Part shown: positions 10,792 through 21,573 of the stretch, in pieces
How the letters are laid out: each line of letters opens with the position of its first letter
How positions within the stretch are numbered: the first letter of the stretch is position 1
From: a virus
Reading direction: 5' to 3' (one strand)
IMG/VR virus record: IMGVR_UViG_3300037190_000626
Span: 1-64,000 of that record
DNA length: 64,000 nucleotides
Program-made: the position numbers and the translations under genes
Notes under the pieces: generated by a model
Told to the model about the DNA's origin: nothing
Database searches by the model: none
The model's input: only the letters and a program-made list of their open reading frames with translations

Positions 10792-11232
10792 ATGGGTGCT
10801 GATATTCTTTTATACGCCCTTCCGCATTGCGAGCTAACGGAAGAGCGTAAGGACAAGATTACAGAGACTGTAGAGGCAGTCTCGGATAATGATGTTCTCG
10901 ATTACAACGAGAATTATCTTCATATGGAACTTCCCGAGCTAGGTACTATGAACATGACCTACGGGGAAGGCGCGGAGACGGAGGCGCTGGCGACGTTAGT
11001 CCGGGCAGACATCTTAGATGCTTGTTTTGAGGTATTAGAGCACGTAGACAATCCCCGAGATATGGCGTCGATTTCCTTTCCGGGAATGAAGTATCGTGTG
11101 TTAATGACGGGTGGAATGTCGTGGGGTGACAACCCTACAGATAGTTCCCAGTATTTGGACAAGCTGTCCAATTTTGATGCGTTGTGGGGACTCCTTCAGA
11201 AGTTTGCGGAGGAGGACTGTCCATGGCAATGA
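10792..11232 (+). CDS. hypothetical phage protein (TGGMSWGD motif)
   Basis: 146 aa ORF with GGAGG SD. Confidence 0.55.
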   Translation: MGADILLYALPHCELTEERKDKITETVEAVSDNDVLDYNENYLHMELPELGTMNMTYGEGAETEALATLVRADILDACFEVLEHVDNPRDMASISFPGMKYRVLMTGGMSWGDNPTDSSQYLDKLSNFDALWGLLQKFAEEDCPWQ

Positions 11233-11912
11233 CACACGGTAATACGAAACTCGGGAAGCTCATCTGGGGATGGACTATCCCGGCCCTTCGCATTATCTGC
11301 GTAGGTGCTACGGATTTATGTAGATCCATGTGCTACGCGTTAAAGGGATTTTTCTTAATGCCTAATGTGAGTGACGCTCACAAACGTAACTACGAGGAGT
11401 CTCTTGAGGATGATTTCGTACAAAGGACGAACACGGATATCCGGCGTAACTTTATGCAGGTGGTGCGCGTTCATGTTGGCGGAGACTTCTACAGCGTAGA
11501 GTATATTCACAAGTGGATTAAAATTGCACAGCTTAATCCCGCTGTAGTGTTTTATGCTTACACAAGATCGTGGCGAGACCCTGAGTTCTTAGTGCATCTG
11601 TCGCAGCTGGGTATGGAACCTAACTTCTACATGTGGTGGAGTTGTGACCGTGAAACTGGGCCACCACCTACCAGTAAGTTTGCAAATGTAGCTTACTTGA
11701 TGGAGAATGACGATGATCTTCCCGCTTACGGGGTAGATCTCGTATTTCGAGATAGTGCTGCCACGGTATTGAAGTATATCCCGAAAGGCAGTTTGGTCTG
11801 TCCCTACGACAACGGAATCACTGAGACGACATGTTCTCAGTGTAAGATTTGTTTCAGGGACGAGGTAGTTCCAAGAAAAGGACAGAAAAATGAGCGGGCA
11901 ATTTCACTTTGA
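11223..11912 (+). CDS. gene product 88 (GP88)-like Fe-S/Cys protein
   Basis: GNTKLG...C..AT..C...CYA, VRVHVGGDFYS, FYAYTRSW, C-terminal CxxCxxC. Confidence 0.7.
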   Translation: MAMTHGNTKLGKLIWGWTIPALRIICVGATDLCRSMCYALKGFFLMPNVSDAHKRNYEESLEDDFVQRTNTDIRRNFMQVVRVHVGGDFYSVEYIHKWIKIAQLNPAVVFYAYTRSWRDPEFLVHLSQLGMEPNFYMWWSCDRETGPPPTSKFANVAYLMENDDDLPAYGVDLVFRDSAATVLKYIPKGSLVCPYDNGITETTCSQCKICFRDEVVPRKGQKNERAISL

Positions 11913-12171
11913 GTACACGACGGATGTTCCTGTTTATGACAGAGGAACAACTGTAACGACATGTACAACAGGGGTCTCTATCGAAAAGGATGACCCCAAT
12001 CAGGCCACGCTGGAAATCGAAATTAACTTTGATTCCACGCGGACAGACGCAGAAAGCATTGCAGTTGCATTTGATCAACTGCTGGAGACTGTAATGTCCA
12101 CTCCCGGAATCTTAGAAGACTACGGGAGTGTCATTGTAGATGCGTTCTATGTGCGGCGTAAATTCTAGAAT

Positions 12172-13347
12172 TTACACGGCGTAAAGGGCTGCAATCTCTT
12201 CTAGCTCAGTGTCAGAAAGCCCAACGTCGGCAGCCTCTTTTCCAAATTGAGGCTGCTGACCGGCTTCTGACAGCATGTGCTCCAGAAGTTCAGCATCCGG
12301 TCGCGGGAGCGTTTCCGCAACTGCGGCCATTTTTTCTGGGTCAATTTCCAAGCCTCGGGATACTTCTCCAGCGAAGTCAGTTCCGAACAACGATTCAACG
12401 TCTTCACGGGCGAGCTTGGACAACTGATCTCTATCGTAAACATTTCCGGTCTGCAAAGTGCAAAGCGAGTCTCGATCGGATGCTGCTTTTGTATATGTGA
12501 CTTTAAATATTACATCCTCAGGTCGCTGAATGTTGTCGGTGTACTTGCCGTTCAAGTGGATTGCACGGTCAATCATATCGACAGTTTCTGCGAGCTTAAC
12601 GAGTTGGTCCGGTTGCAACGCCAGCTGAGATTGTCCTCTGACGGTACTTGCAAGAGATTCGATTTGTCCACGATACTCGGCACTCTTACATAACTGCGCT
12701 CGTTGATTGAGCATTTTATATATTTCTGCCGGGTCGGGAATCCCATAGCCAGCTTGTTTTTCTACAAACTGATTAAGGTCGGCACCAAATGTTGCCCCCG
12801 TGGCAGCGGCTTTCTCTAACAACTTCTTGGCTATCGTATGTCGGTCATGGAACGGCAGCGTATCTCGATGTTCTTCGAGCCACTCAGCCGCAGCTTTAAT
12901 ATTTTGTGTGGATGTGAGCGGCAAGAATCGTTCTTTGTGACCTCGTGCGTCTACCCACACATACCCGTAAGCCGAATCAGGAAGTTCTTGCGATGCGAAG
13001 TCATTCGCTTGCTTAACTACACTATCGTAAGCTGGCTTAATTCGCCAGTAATCTACGTAATGTTGCAGACGTTGCTCAATACGGTTACGATCTTTAGGGT
13101 GGTATTCTGCTTTCTTTTCGTGAAAATATAAGCTAGAAAGCCAAGTAGCGGCGGGTGTGTGACATGCAAACTTGTATCTCACAGGATCGGCGTAAGTGGT
13201 GGTAGCAGGATTTTCCGGATTCATCGTGTTTGAAATATCGGCTTGTTTGACAAAGTCAGGAAAATCATACAGTTTACTTAAACGTGCAAGTTCTTCCCGA
13301 TTGACATCACTGGCCGGGTCGATAATTTGTGTTGTAGGCGATGGCAT
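12172..13347 (-). CDS. hypothetical protein, possibly virion/structural
   Basis: About 391 aa minus-strand ORF with recurrent KQA/KLA/KxAA motifs, near the terminase. Confidence 0.5.
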   Translation of the reverse strand: MPSPTTQIIDPASDVNREELARLSKLYDFPDFVKQADISNTMNPENPATTTYADPVRYKFACHTPAATWLSSLYFHEKKAEYHPKDRNRIEQRLQHYVDYWRIKPAYDSVVKQANDFASQELPDSAYGYVWVDARGHKERFLPLTSTQNIKAAAEWLEEHRDTLPFHDRHTIAKKLLEKAAATGATFGADLNQFVEKQAGYGIPDPAEIYKMLNQRAQLCKSAEYRGQIESLASTVRGQSQLALQPDQLVKLAETVDMIDRAIHLNGKYTDNIQRPEDVIFKVTYTKAASDRDSLCTLQTGNVYDRDQLSKLAREDVESLFGTDFAGEVSRGLEIDPEKMAAVAETLPRPDAELLEHMLSEAGQQPQFGKEAADVGLSDTELEEIAALYAV

Positions 13348-13350
13348 ATT

Positions 13351-15594
13351 ATGACTCTCCATGTCTTATGTTGGTCACGGATAGCCCCGGTACTGGGATT
13401 ACCCGAGACTGACTCAGTTCTTCCGGCAAGGACCACGTGTCCATTTTGCCAAGGTAAACTGTCAATCTATCAGGATACCAAATCAGGGGAGGAATGGGCA
13501 TACTGTTTTGATTGTCACTACTCTTCTAGTATACTCGATTTAGCGGCAAAAATCTGGGACGTTCCTCTTTCTGTGGCAGTGGAGCGTTTAAGTGCCGCTA
13601 CTTCCGTTAGCGTAACGTCTGACGATATAAATCGCTACATCAAACGAGAGGTTATTCCCCGGGAAAAGGCTCTTCGTTTATGGGGCCGCGCACGAAAAAA
13701 TCTGTTTAAACCCACGCAAAAGCTAGGAAAATTACGGGCCAAGCTAGGGCTTCGCACAAGTCAGATGAGTGTGAAACGTGTAGAAGCGGGCCCTGCGAAG
13801 TTATTTGGCGTTTCACACGTGGAAGAGATTCACAGAATATGGAACCCCGAACGAGTTAATCAAAAAAAATCTGATTTTTTTGTAGGAAGCCGTTGGGCGG
13901 ACGTTCTTGTGGTGCCATATTTCAGGGCTCCCGGAGATGTGTCTAGTCTTTTGTTTGTAGGAAGACAAGGTCGTCCGGCGCAAGATTATGTGTTCAAGAC
14001 TTACTCACGCCGTAATGCTCAGCACGCCTCGGTCGGATTTGCAGGTATAAACTCAGTTCTTGATTATGATAGTGCCCACGTAATTTGCATGAGTGACGCA
14101 CTAGCAATGTTGCGTATTCAAGTTCGCAATTTTAATACTTCGATGCAGCCGCTGCCTGTCATTGCATGGCGTGCAGATGAGAAATATCGTCTTTCTCATA
14201 ACTGGCACTTATTTAACGGTAAGAATCTAATCTTCTGGGAATGGGCTCCCAGTGCTGCTGTACTGTACCAGTGCATGATTTCAGACGGTTCTTTGACTCT
14301 GAACGTAGGGCCTAGAAAATATGACTATCGTGGAATATCGCATTGGATTCGTGATTTTAAGACGATGCACGACATCGAGCGAATGGTGCTTTCGGAGGCA
14401 AAGGAATGGAAGGCTGCCCTGTATGAGTGGTCGAAGGGTGTCGCAACAACAGACGGTCAAATATCCGAACTGCTGGCTGCTTGCTCTAGATTAGACTATG
14501 GGCTTTTTAATGAGGTACAAGACGCCCTCAAACTTCCGAAGGATCGGTCTCAGCATTACACACATACAACTACGATAGGTCGAGCGTCTTATACAGAACG
14601 TTCCGGGGTATGGTATCGCAGTAACAAAGAGAAACCCATATTGCCGGGCCATGTGGAAGTGCAACAGATAGTTACTCGGGGAAAGAGGTTGCCTGAGTAC
14701 ATCGGTGAAGTTTGTATTCGGGATGACCGTATCCCGTTCCGTATATCCGGTAAAAGTCAGCGATCGTTAAATAACAGTTTGTGGGCTTTGATCGAGGCAA
14801 ACGGATATTTTTGTGAGAAAACGCTTCCTGCTAATTACGCAGGACTTATGCAGATAGCGCTCGCGTTTCGGTTACCGCAGATTGTAAGAGGTAAAGATCG
14901 TCTTGGGTGGGACGGGGAAGGTTTTCAATTTGAGAACTTGCGTATCTCCGGTGGCGCGTACAAAACGACGCAGTACTTGCTACCCCAAGACGTAGGAGGG
15001 CCGCCCGGCTGTCAATATCGCTGGCGTCCTGAGGTGATCAGTAACTTACGAGCCGCTACGGGGCATGAGTCCGTGTGGGCGTGGAGTATTGTATTTAGTT
15101 TCGGCGCTCAGCTTGTAGCTTCTATGACAGGTCGAACTATCCCGTGGATTGCCTTCGACCATCCCACTCACTGCGATACAGCCTTTATTGAAATACTGGA
15201 TCGTCTGGACGTTTCTTTGACGGGTGAGTTTTGGGATCACTATTGGCCCGTGGTGTCGACAGTTACACCTAACAGGCGTCAAAAATTTAGGGCTACAATT
15301 ATTAACGAGGGGGAAACACCTAAGACAAATAGAGGGGTTTACCGTGTGGTCTCCCCCGAAGTAAACGCAGATTTTTCACCTAAAAATGTGCCCTTGTCCT
15401 TCAAGACCGTACTTCCTGATTTTTTGAAGTGGTCAACGGACAACGTAACTGCTTCTACTTTTTCAGACGAAATACACTGGCAGCTTCAGGTGTTAGCTCT
15501 GTTTAAAGCGTGGGCTAAGGACAGAAAAATAACTGGGCTGTACCCCGTGTTTAAAGAGGCAGCCCAGTGTCTTACATGTCTTCCCAGTCCTTAA
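13351..15594 (+). CDS. large protein with N-terminal primase-type zinc finger
   Basis: CPFCQG...WAYCFDC zinc-binding domain followed by a region resembling a degenerate primase core. Confidence 0.55.
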   Translation: MTLHVLCWSRIAPVLGLPETDSVLPARTTCPFCQGKLSIYQDTKSGEEWAYCFDCHYSSSILDLAAKIWDVPLSVAVERLSAATSVSVTSDDINRYIKREVIPREKALRLWGRARKNLFKPTQKLGKLRAKLGLRTSQMSVKRVEAGPAKLFGVSHVEEIHRIWNPERVNQKKSDFFVGSRWADVLVVPYFRAPGDVSSLLFVGRQGRPAQDYVFKTYSRRNAQHASVGFAGINSVLDYDSAHVICMSDALAMLRIQVRNFNTSMQPLPVIAWRADEKYRLSHNWHLFNGKNLIFWEWAPSAAVLYQCMISDGSLTLNVGPRKYDYRGISHWIRDFKTMHDIERMVLSEAKEWKAALYEWSKGVATTDGQISELLAACSRLDYGLFNEVQDALKLPKDRSQHYTHTTTIGRASYTERSGVWYRSNKEKPILPGHVEVQQIVTRGKRLPEYIGEVCIRDDRIPFRISGKSQRSLNNSLWALIEANGYFCEKTLPANYAGLMQIALAFRLPQIVRGKDRLGWDGEGFQFENLRISGGAYKTTQYLLPQDVGGPPGCQYRWRPEVISNLRAATGHESVWAWSIVFSFGAQLVASMTGRTIPWIAFDHPTHCDTAFIEILDRLDVSLTGEFWDHYWPVVSTVTPNRRQKFRATIINEGETPKTNRGVYRVVSPEVNADFSPKNVPLSFKTVLPDFLKWSTDNVTASTFSDEIHWQLQVLALFKAWAKDRKITGLYPVFKEAAQCLTCLPSP

Positions 15595-17554
15595 GGCTGC
15601 CCGGGGTAAGAGCGGAACCCAGCTCAGGTCCAACTTCCACGTCTTCGTACTGTGACAGATCAGGCCATCTGCCGGTCATATGACATAACATCATTGTTCC
15701 CATATTGACGGCTTGCGCAAAATCGTCGGGACCTGCTGGATCTCTTAGGATCTTGTAGCTATCACGTCCGAATGCGCTTTCGGTTTTATCCTCGATTAGG
15801 TTGAGGAAATCGTGTAGCAGACCTTTTTCTCCGGACCCCTTATAGTCGTATTGGAACGTCCGGATAACTCCTGATTTAATAAACTGGCACGTGTAGTTTA
15901 ATGACCGGGCTTTATCCATAGTAAAGTGATCCCGGGGGTGTAGATCTGTGGCGGGTTTGAAGTTGAGGACGTTTCCTCTCGCTGTTCCGACGTACGCAAT
16001 AGGGATAATATTCTGTTGCGGCAGTCCCGCCTGACTCATGACAGTTTCACGGATGGTTCCTGCTCCCGTGTAATCATGCACTAAGTGTGAGCACTTGAAG
16101 TGATTCATGATACCTAGAATAATCTTAGCCTCCCGGACATGCGCGTGAGGATGCAGGCTTCGATACCCATAGAGAACATCTATTTTCCCGTCCGATGAGT
16201 AGCCCATGACGGCAATGGACGTGTAAGACTGGTAGGCCATATCGGATTTACCTTTACTGACACCTCCTCCTCCCCAATCCACCGAACATACGCGGTAGTT
16301 ATATTCGTCAATGTGCTTAACGGCGTCTTCTAGTTCTCTAGGCCACGGAAGTCTTGCGGCTTTTTTGAGGTCCGTAATGGTGACGAGTTTACTGCCGGAG
16401 TCGTAGGATTCACCGCAGACTTCGTTCATGAAGACATTGACAGGTGTATTGCCTTTACCTTGTTGCTTACCGACTAACACTTCCCATTTCTCTGCGTCGG
16501 CGTAATGCATCGGCATGATGATTTGCGGCACGTGATAACCTGCGAAGGACCAGCGTTTTTCTGGGTACCTGTGTACCCATCTACCTGTTCCTCCTTGATA
16601 GGGTGGTCTAGGGTTTATTGGTTTTCTACACTTAGCACACACTACGCCCGGGCAGTTCTCAGATATATCCTCGTGGTGAGGGCCAATCATCTTAACGAGG
16701 TCGTACTCTATTGAAGGGATATTCCAGTAAGAGCAATGAGGGCATTTGACCATCCATTCGGCCATTGAGCTGTCTAGCCACAATGTTTCGATTGTATTGT
16801 CAAGCGTCTTCGGAGTACCCGCATACTGGAGAAGACCCCAGTCACGAGATGCTGAAATGGTTTCATGAATAACGGGCAAGAAGGAGATGTCCATGTCCTG
16901 TACTTCGTCGATAACGTTTTTGTCGGCGGAGATACCGCGAGTACGCTCGGCGTCCATCGAGGCGAATGAGAAGATCATTTGCGATCGGTTTTTAAAACTA
17001 CGCTGTAGTACAGAGTTAATTGTGGTGGTTCCTGAGAAGAGCTTCATCACAGGAGAAGTTTCAATAAAAGGACGCACGTAGTTCTGGGAGAAACGGCGAA
17101 TCATTTCAAAGAGGGGAGTAATGTAGAGGGTGCTGAAATAGGGAATACAGTTACTAAATAGAACACCCTGAGCTGCAAGTGAAGTAGATTTTGAAACCTG
17201 ACGTCCGGTTTTCAGAAGAGTCTTACGGGGCATTCGTGTTCTAAAAAACGGTGAGAAGGGGAAGTGATCGTGTAAGTGATAAGGTTTTCCCCGAATTTGT
17301 AGCAGTAACGGAAGCAGTGGTTTCAGGGTAAGATGCCCTGTCTTTTTCATTAGATGGCTGGCAGCCAGAAGTCGTTTACTAACTTCGTCTTCGTGGCCTG
17401 TCAGCCGGATATCTTTTAGCAAGTCGGAGGACATCAAGGGACCGATATCAATCATCCCTTCTCTGTCTTCTTGCTGTATAACGTCGCGGGCCGTTCGTCG
17501 CCCCGGTTTACTTTGTTGATCTTCAAGATCGGAAGGAGTTGATGTATGTTTCAT
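15572..17554 (-). CDS. terL: terminase large subunit (GpA-type)
   Basis: KTGRQVSKST, IDEVQD Walker B, AGTPKT coupling motif, CPHC/CAKC zinc, GYHVPQ, NEVCGE, VDWGGG nuclease motif; start likely MKHTST at 17554. Confidence 0.85.
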   Translation of the reverse strand: MKHTSTPSDLEDQQSKPGRRTARDVIQQEDREGMIDIGPLMSSDLLKDIRLTGHEDEVSKRLLAASHLMKKTGHLTLKPLLPLLLQIRGKPYHLHDHFPFSPFFRTRMPRKTLLKTGRQVSKSTSLAAQGVLFSNCIPYFSTLYITPLFEMIRRFSQNYVRPFIETSPVMKLFSGTTTINSVLQRSFKNRSQMIFSFASMDAERTRGISADKNVIDEVQDMDISFLPVIHETISASRDWGLLQYAGTPKTLDNTIETLWLDSSMAEWMVKCPHCSYWNIPSIEYDLVKMIGPHHEDISENCPGVVCAKCRKPINPRPPYQGGTGRWVHRYPEKRWSFAGYHVPQIIMPMHYADAEKWEVLVGKQQGKGNTPVNVFMNEVCGESYDSGSKLVTITDLKKAARLPWPRELEDAVKHIDEYNYRVCSVDWGGGGVSKGKSDMAYQSYTSIAVMGYSSDGKIDVLYGYRSLHPHAHVREAKIILGIMNHFKCSHLVHDYTGAGTIRETVMSQAGLPQQNIIPIAYVGTARGNVLNFKPATDLHPRDHFTMDKARSLNYTCQFIKSGVIRTFQYDYKGSGEKGLLHDFLNLIEDKTESAFGRDSYKILRDPAGPDDFAQAVNMGTMMLCHMTGRWPDLSQYEDVEVGPELGSALTPGSLKDWEDM

Positions 17555-18043
17555 ATAATTGTGACACTTAATAAAAGTGGGAGGTGTATTCGTGATGTTT
17601 TCGCGTACAATAAACTTTCGCAAGTATAATTTCGTCTCTAAAGCATAACGTAGATAGGAGGAGTCATGCCATCTCGAAGCCCTTTTGCGTTCCAACGCAG
17701 AAAACAGCTCAGGTCACTTAACTGGCCCGCTTCAACTTTTTCGCCGGATGAACTGTTAGTTCATAAATATCCTTCAGGTAAGACGCTACAAAAACTTGTG
17801 GCTGCCGAGGGGGATTCACCGCCGTTACGTGCGAAGCTTGTCGAGTGGACACCTCCTGATTCGGAGGAGTAAACACCATGGGAGATTTACTAAAAACATT
17901 CTCCACCATATTTGCAATCGCGGTAATATCGTGTGTAATTGTGGCTGGCGGTTTCCCCATCTTAATCTTTGCGATTTTGGGGTATGCCGCCGGAATGTAT
18001 TTTATAGATGATAAATTGAATAAATGAGAAAAAACGATAACGA

Positions 18044-18406
18044 ATGATAATTGAATTAATTATTGCCGCCTTAGCGACATGGGAGATCATTGAGATATGG
18101 CATCATAGTCTCTTGTTCGCCCCACTGCGTGCCCGCACTGAGCTTTGGACAAATAAATTGGGAGAGCTTATTGGCTGCCCCTTTTGTCTGGCTCCGTGGG
18201 TAGCGCTGTTGTCTGTGATGGTACTTTTTTCGCCTGAATGGTTTGGTTGGTCAGTCTGGTCCGGTTTAAGAGTTATATGGTACTCTTTTGCGGTAGCTAG
18301 GTTGGCTAACCTAGGCAATGATTATTTTAAAGCAACGTGTCGTACGCCTACACCGTACGATGGATTACTAGATTACCCTAATGAAGATGAAACAAGTGGT
18401 GATTAA
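18044..18406 (+). CDS. membrane protein with CPFC motif (DUF1360-like)
   Basis: Hydrophobic segments and ELIGCPFCLAPWVA. Confidence 0.55.
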   Translation: MIIELIIAALATWEIIEIWHHSLLFAPLRARTELWTNKLGELIGCPFCLAPWVALLSVMVLFSPEWFGWSVWSGLRVIWYSFAVARLANLGNDYFKATCRTPTPYDGLLDYPNEDETSGD

Positions 18407-18843
18407 TGGATGATATAAAGAAAGATAGCGATGTAAAACAAGCGGGCGTTATGTTCGACTCTCAGTTAGTCGAATTTTTTATGCCTACTATTACCGAAGC
18501 GTTTGCGGAGCATGCAGACGTGTTGAGGTCGGTGATTGTGAGCTTTGATTTTTACGGTCCGTTTAATGACACCGAAGGTGTTAGTAAGGGGATATGGTTA
18601 GGATCAGAAGGTGCTCAGACCGACCCGTCGGGTATTATTGGTTCCGCAGGAGTTACTCTTCAGGCAGCCGCTACAATTATTGATAGGGGTTTTCAGCTCC
18701 TAGGTGGTGTGCGTGAAGAGCTAGAAAAAACTCTTCAGGAGCTTAAGGAAAGGAGAGAGGAGCTTGAACAAGTCAAAACAGAACTCGGAAGTATCCGAGA
18801 CACTGGAGGAGCTTCTTCTTCGACTTCAGATCCAGCCAGCTGA
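18406..18843 (+). CDS. hypothetical protein with C-terminal coiled coil
   Basis: TAATG overlap with the previous gene; heptad-rich EELEKTLQELKERREELEQ. Confidence 0.55.
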   Translation: MDDIKKDSDVKQAGVMFDSQLVEFFMPTITEAFAEHADVLRSVIVSFDFYGPFNDTEGVSKGIWLGSEGAQTDPSGIIGSAGVTLQAAATIIDRGFQLLGGVREELEKTLQELKERREELEQVKTELGSIRDTGGASSSTSDPAS

Positions 18844-19357
18844 TTGGGACCTTCTCATAATTGGCGACGGCTCAGGCAGCAATTGGAATTACCAAAGCGG
18901 TTGGGCCTCTGTTTCGATAGAGAAAGCGACCTTGGAGAGACGTGTTTGGTTCGGGGCGATGAACTGTGGGACAGTTAATTTCTCGGAAATGATGGCTTAC
19001 TTGCAGCCGCTTAATTGGTACGTTGCACAAGAGTTGTCACGACGAAGTAACCGGGGAAAAGTGCGTTTCCGTAATGTGCATATAATTACAGACAGTAAAT
19101 ACTGTACGGATATGGGGGAAAGAAAGAATCTTACCCCTAATAAAAATGGCTCTCTGTGGCGTATCTTTGACGATTTCCAACGTCATGGTTTGCTGCTACA
19201 CTGGCACTGGATTCCACGCGCTAGTGTGGGATTAAATGTGTACGTAGATAAGCTGAGCAAGGAAGCTCGCTTAACGATTAAAAACTGTCAGGCACAAGAG
19301 CGAATAGAAGATTCAGGATTCGATGATTCTCGCACGGTGTATGACTTCAATCCTTAG
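18764..19357 (+). CDS. ribonuclease H-like protein
   Basis: IIGDGSGS, NFSEM, IITDSKY, HWIPR...NVYVDKL follow the RNase HI D-E-D-D spacing. Confidence 0.7.
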   Translation: MNKSKQNSEVSETLEELLLRLQIQPADWDLLIIGDGSGSNWNYQSGWASVSIEKATLERRVWFGAMNCGTVNFSEMMAYLQPLNWYVAQELSRRSNRGKVRFRNVHIITDSKYCTDMGERKNLTPNKNGSLWRIFDDFQRHGLLLHWHWIPRASVGLNVYVDKLSKEARLTIKNCQAQERIEDSGFDDSRTVYDFNP

Positions 19358-19367
19358 GACGTGCGGA

Positions 19368-19955
19368 ATGAACCAGTGGTGGCAAATGTGGAATAGCTAT
19401 TTCACGCCTGATGAGTGCAAAGAGATAATTTCTCTAGGCGCTGACTTGGGAAGTCGTGAGGGCACGATAGGCCACGGCAGTGGTAACAGTGTCAACAGTA
19501 AAATGCGACGATCAAAAGTCGGCTGGTTTGATCGAGGTGCTGAAAAATACCAGTGGTTATTTAGGCGGCTTGAGAACTCTTTTCAGTTTGCCAATGTAAA
19601 CGCCTTTAATTTTGAGCTGACGTACTTTCGTGAGATACAGTTCACAGAGTATGACGCGGATTATGAAGGCAAGTACGACTGGCACGAGGATTGTACTTGG
19701 TGTATGAATCACCCGACCCGTAGGAAGCTGAGCATATGCGTTCAGTTGAGTAATTCTAGTGATTACGTAGGGGGCGACTTAGAGGTTGATGCTTCGCAGG
19801 TAGGCGGAGACGGTCAAGTTCCGGACGCTAAGAAGATACGAGAACGGGGTACGACTTTGGTGTTTCCGTCTTTTTTGAGGCACCGTGTGACTCCCGTGAC
19901 GTCAGGAAAACGTTATTCGCTAGTGACGTGGTATGAAGGACCACCGTTTCGATAA
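19368..19955 (+). CDS. 2OG-Fe(II) oxygenase (PKHD-type)
   Basis: YDWHED (HxD), RKLSICVQL, GGDL, FPSFLRHRVTPVTSGKRYSLVTW. Confidence 0.9.
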   Translation: MNQWWQMWNSYFTPDECKEIISLGADLGSREGTIGHGSGNSVNSKMRRSKVGWFDRGAEKYQWLFRRLENSFQFANVNAFNFELTYFREIQFTEYDADYEGKYDWHEDCTWCMNHPTRRKLSICVQLSNSSDYVGGDLEVDASQVGGDGQVPDAKKIRERGTTLVFPSFLRHRVTPVTSGKRYSLVTWYEGPPFR

Positions 19956-19970
19956 GGTACTACAAATGAA

Positions 19971-20291
19971 ATGATAGACAATTTTGACGATTTAATAGTC
20001 GGCTTAAATGAGCCGATTAAATTACCAAAGAAGGAGCAGGAAACTGCTCCTTTTTCTAATGACCCAGCTTACTACCACCAGAACTTACCCCCGGACGATG
20101 AACCGGAACCGAAAGAAAAATTACGGAAAGTGCGTCCTTCCAGCTGGAAGGATGTGGATTCATTCGTCAAGACACGCAAGCTTACATGCGGAACGTGTCG
20201 AAAGTATTTGAATCCGGGGGACAAAGCGTGGCGCGTAGAGTACTACGACGGCGACGTGATCTGGTGGTGTATAGCGTGTTATGAGGACTAA
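19971..20291 (+). CDS. small zinc-finger protein
   Basis: CGTC...CIAC. Confidence 0.5.
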   Translation: MIDNFDDLIVGLNEPIKLPKKEQETAPFSNDPAYYHQNLPPDDEPEPKEKLRKVRPSSWKDVDSFVKTRKLTCGTCRKYLNPGDKAWRVEYYDGDVIWWCIACYED

Positions 20292-20293
20292 TT

Positions 20294-20863
20294 ATGAGTG
20301 AAGTTACAAGCGAAAGCGATTGGGTAAAAAAGTATAATATGGAGCGAGAAGCGAAGAAGAACGTATTCAAGGATAAAATGCCGTTATGGTGCAAGTTCTT
20401 CACGGAGAATGGAATTGCGCAAGTACTGTGTGAATACGAAGGTTCAGGGGACAATGGCTGTATCGATGCCGTTTATTTCTTCAAGGAATACAACGAGGAT
20501 CGGTCAAGCTGCGGGTACCACACAGAAGACGATGAGATACCTAAGGACGAGATAGCCAAGATAAAACTCCCAGACCACTTGAAACAAGAGACGTGGATAC
20601 CGCAAAAAGACCAAGAGGCGAAGTGGGGGATTCCTGAAAAAGACCAAGAGGTCACGGATTCCTATGATTACTGGGCGTCGGAAGCTTTACCTGACGGGTT
20701 CGAGATAAACGACGGGGGTTTTGGAATTCTCAATCTCAATGTAGCCGAGTGTCGTATGACTGTTGAAGCTAATACAAGAGTGACTCACTTTGAAACGGAT
20801 ACATACGAATTCAGCAAAGCGGAGGACGTCGATGGCACACCCCTTACATCACTCGATAAGTAG
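20294..20863 (+). CDS. DUF6878-like protein
   Basis: EYEGSGDNG and GFEINDGGFG motifs; paired with the following DUF6915-like gene. Confidence 0.55.
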   Translation: MSEVTSESDWVKKYNMEREAKKNVFKDKMPLWCKFFTENGIAQVLCEYEGSGDNGCIDAVYFFKEYNEDRSSCGYHTEDDEIPKDEIAKIKLPDHLKQETWIPQKDQEAKWGIPEKDQEVTDSYDYWASEALPDGFEINDGGFGILNLNVAECRMTVEANTRVTHFETDTYEFSKAEDVDGTPLTSLDK

Positions 20864-21305
20864 CGTGAAGCGGTGGGGCGGTGAAGTAGAGGACTACTTG
20901 CCTATCCACAACTTCTTGGACAGCACTAAGGCGCACATGGGCGACATTCGTCACCGTGCGTTATTGCACAACACATGGGGGGTGTTCCTATGTGAGAAAC
21001 TTTTTGGTATTTCTATTTGTAACAGTAATGGAAGGGATGTTCCCGTCCGGACAATTGCAGAAAAACATGTGGTGGAGGATTGTGGTTTCATTCCGTCTGT
21101 GTCAGACTGGCTGAAGAATTTACAGGCGTGCGAACCTTGGATGAAACGTGTCGGGATTAAAGATCCCCATCTTAACTCTGGAGAAGAAGAAAATGGCTAC
21201 AACAAAATCAAAAACCGAGACGACAGTGACAGCGCAGAAAACGAAGGGGCAACGAAAGAAGACCAAGCAACAGAAAGTTGTAAGTTTTCGCACGAAGTAC
21301 CCTAA
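20832..21305 (+). CDS. DUF6915-like protein
   Basis: MAHPLHHSISSVKRWGG...HNFLDSTK...RHRALLH...EKHVVED. Confidence 0.65.
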   Translation: MAHPLHHSISSVKRWGGEVEDYLPIHNFLDSTKAHMGDIRHRALLHNTWGVFLCEKLFGISICNSNGRDVPVRTIAEKHVVEDCGFIPSVSDWLKNLQACEPWMKRVGIKDPHLNSGEEENGYNKIKNRDDSDSAENEGATKEDQATESCKFSHEVP

Positions 21306-21573
21306 CATGACGAATAAGGAAATCGCAGAAAAGGTCGGGTGTAATCCGACTTATGTTTCTCAGATTTTACGGGGGTCCTTACCTTCTACTAAGATGACGA
21401 GGACTTCGAACGTCGGGGCAACGACAACTGCCGCTAAACGTCGCACTGCGGTAACTTCGCCCACTACCGGAGCGCTTCTTGCCGCATATCACGAGATGGA
21501 ATGTATTGTGAAGCGCGTCGGAACGTGCTCCGCTAAGACTATGCTGGAGGATATTTCGAACGGAACCACCTGA
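21193..21573 (+). CDS. helix-turn-helix protein
   Basis: MTNKEIAEKVGCNPTYVSQIL HTH. Confidence 0.65.
   Translation: MATTKSKTETTVTAQKTKGQRKKTKQQKVVSFRTKYPNMTNKEIAEKVGCNPTYVSQILRGSLPSTKMTRTSNVGATTTAAKRRTAVTSPTTGALLAAYHEMECIVKRVGTCSAKTMLEDISNGTT

Noticed and set aside
17555-17695. N-terminal extension of the terminase
   Set aside because: AT-rich intergenic-like sequence overlapping a divergent ORF; MKHTST at 17554 is the more plausible start.
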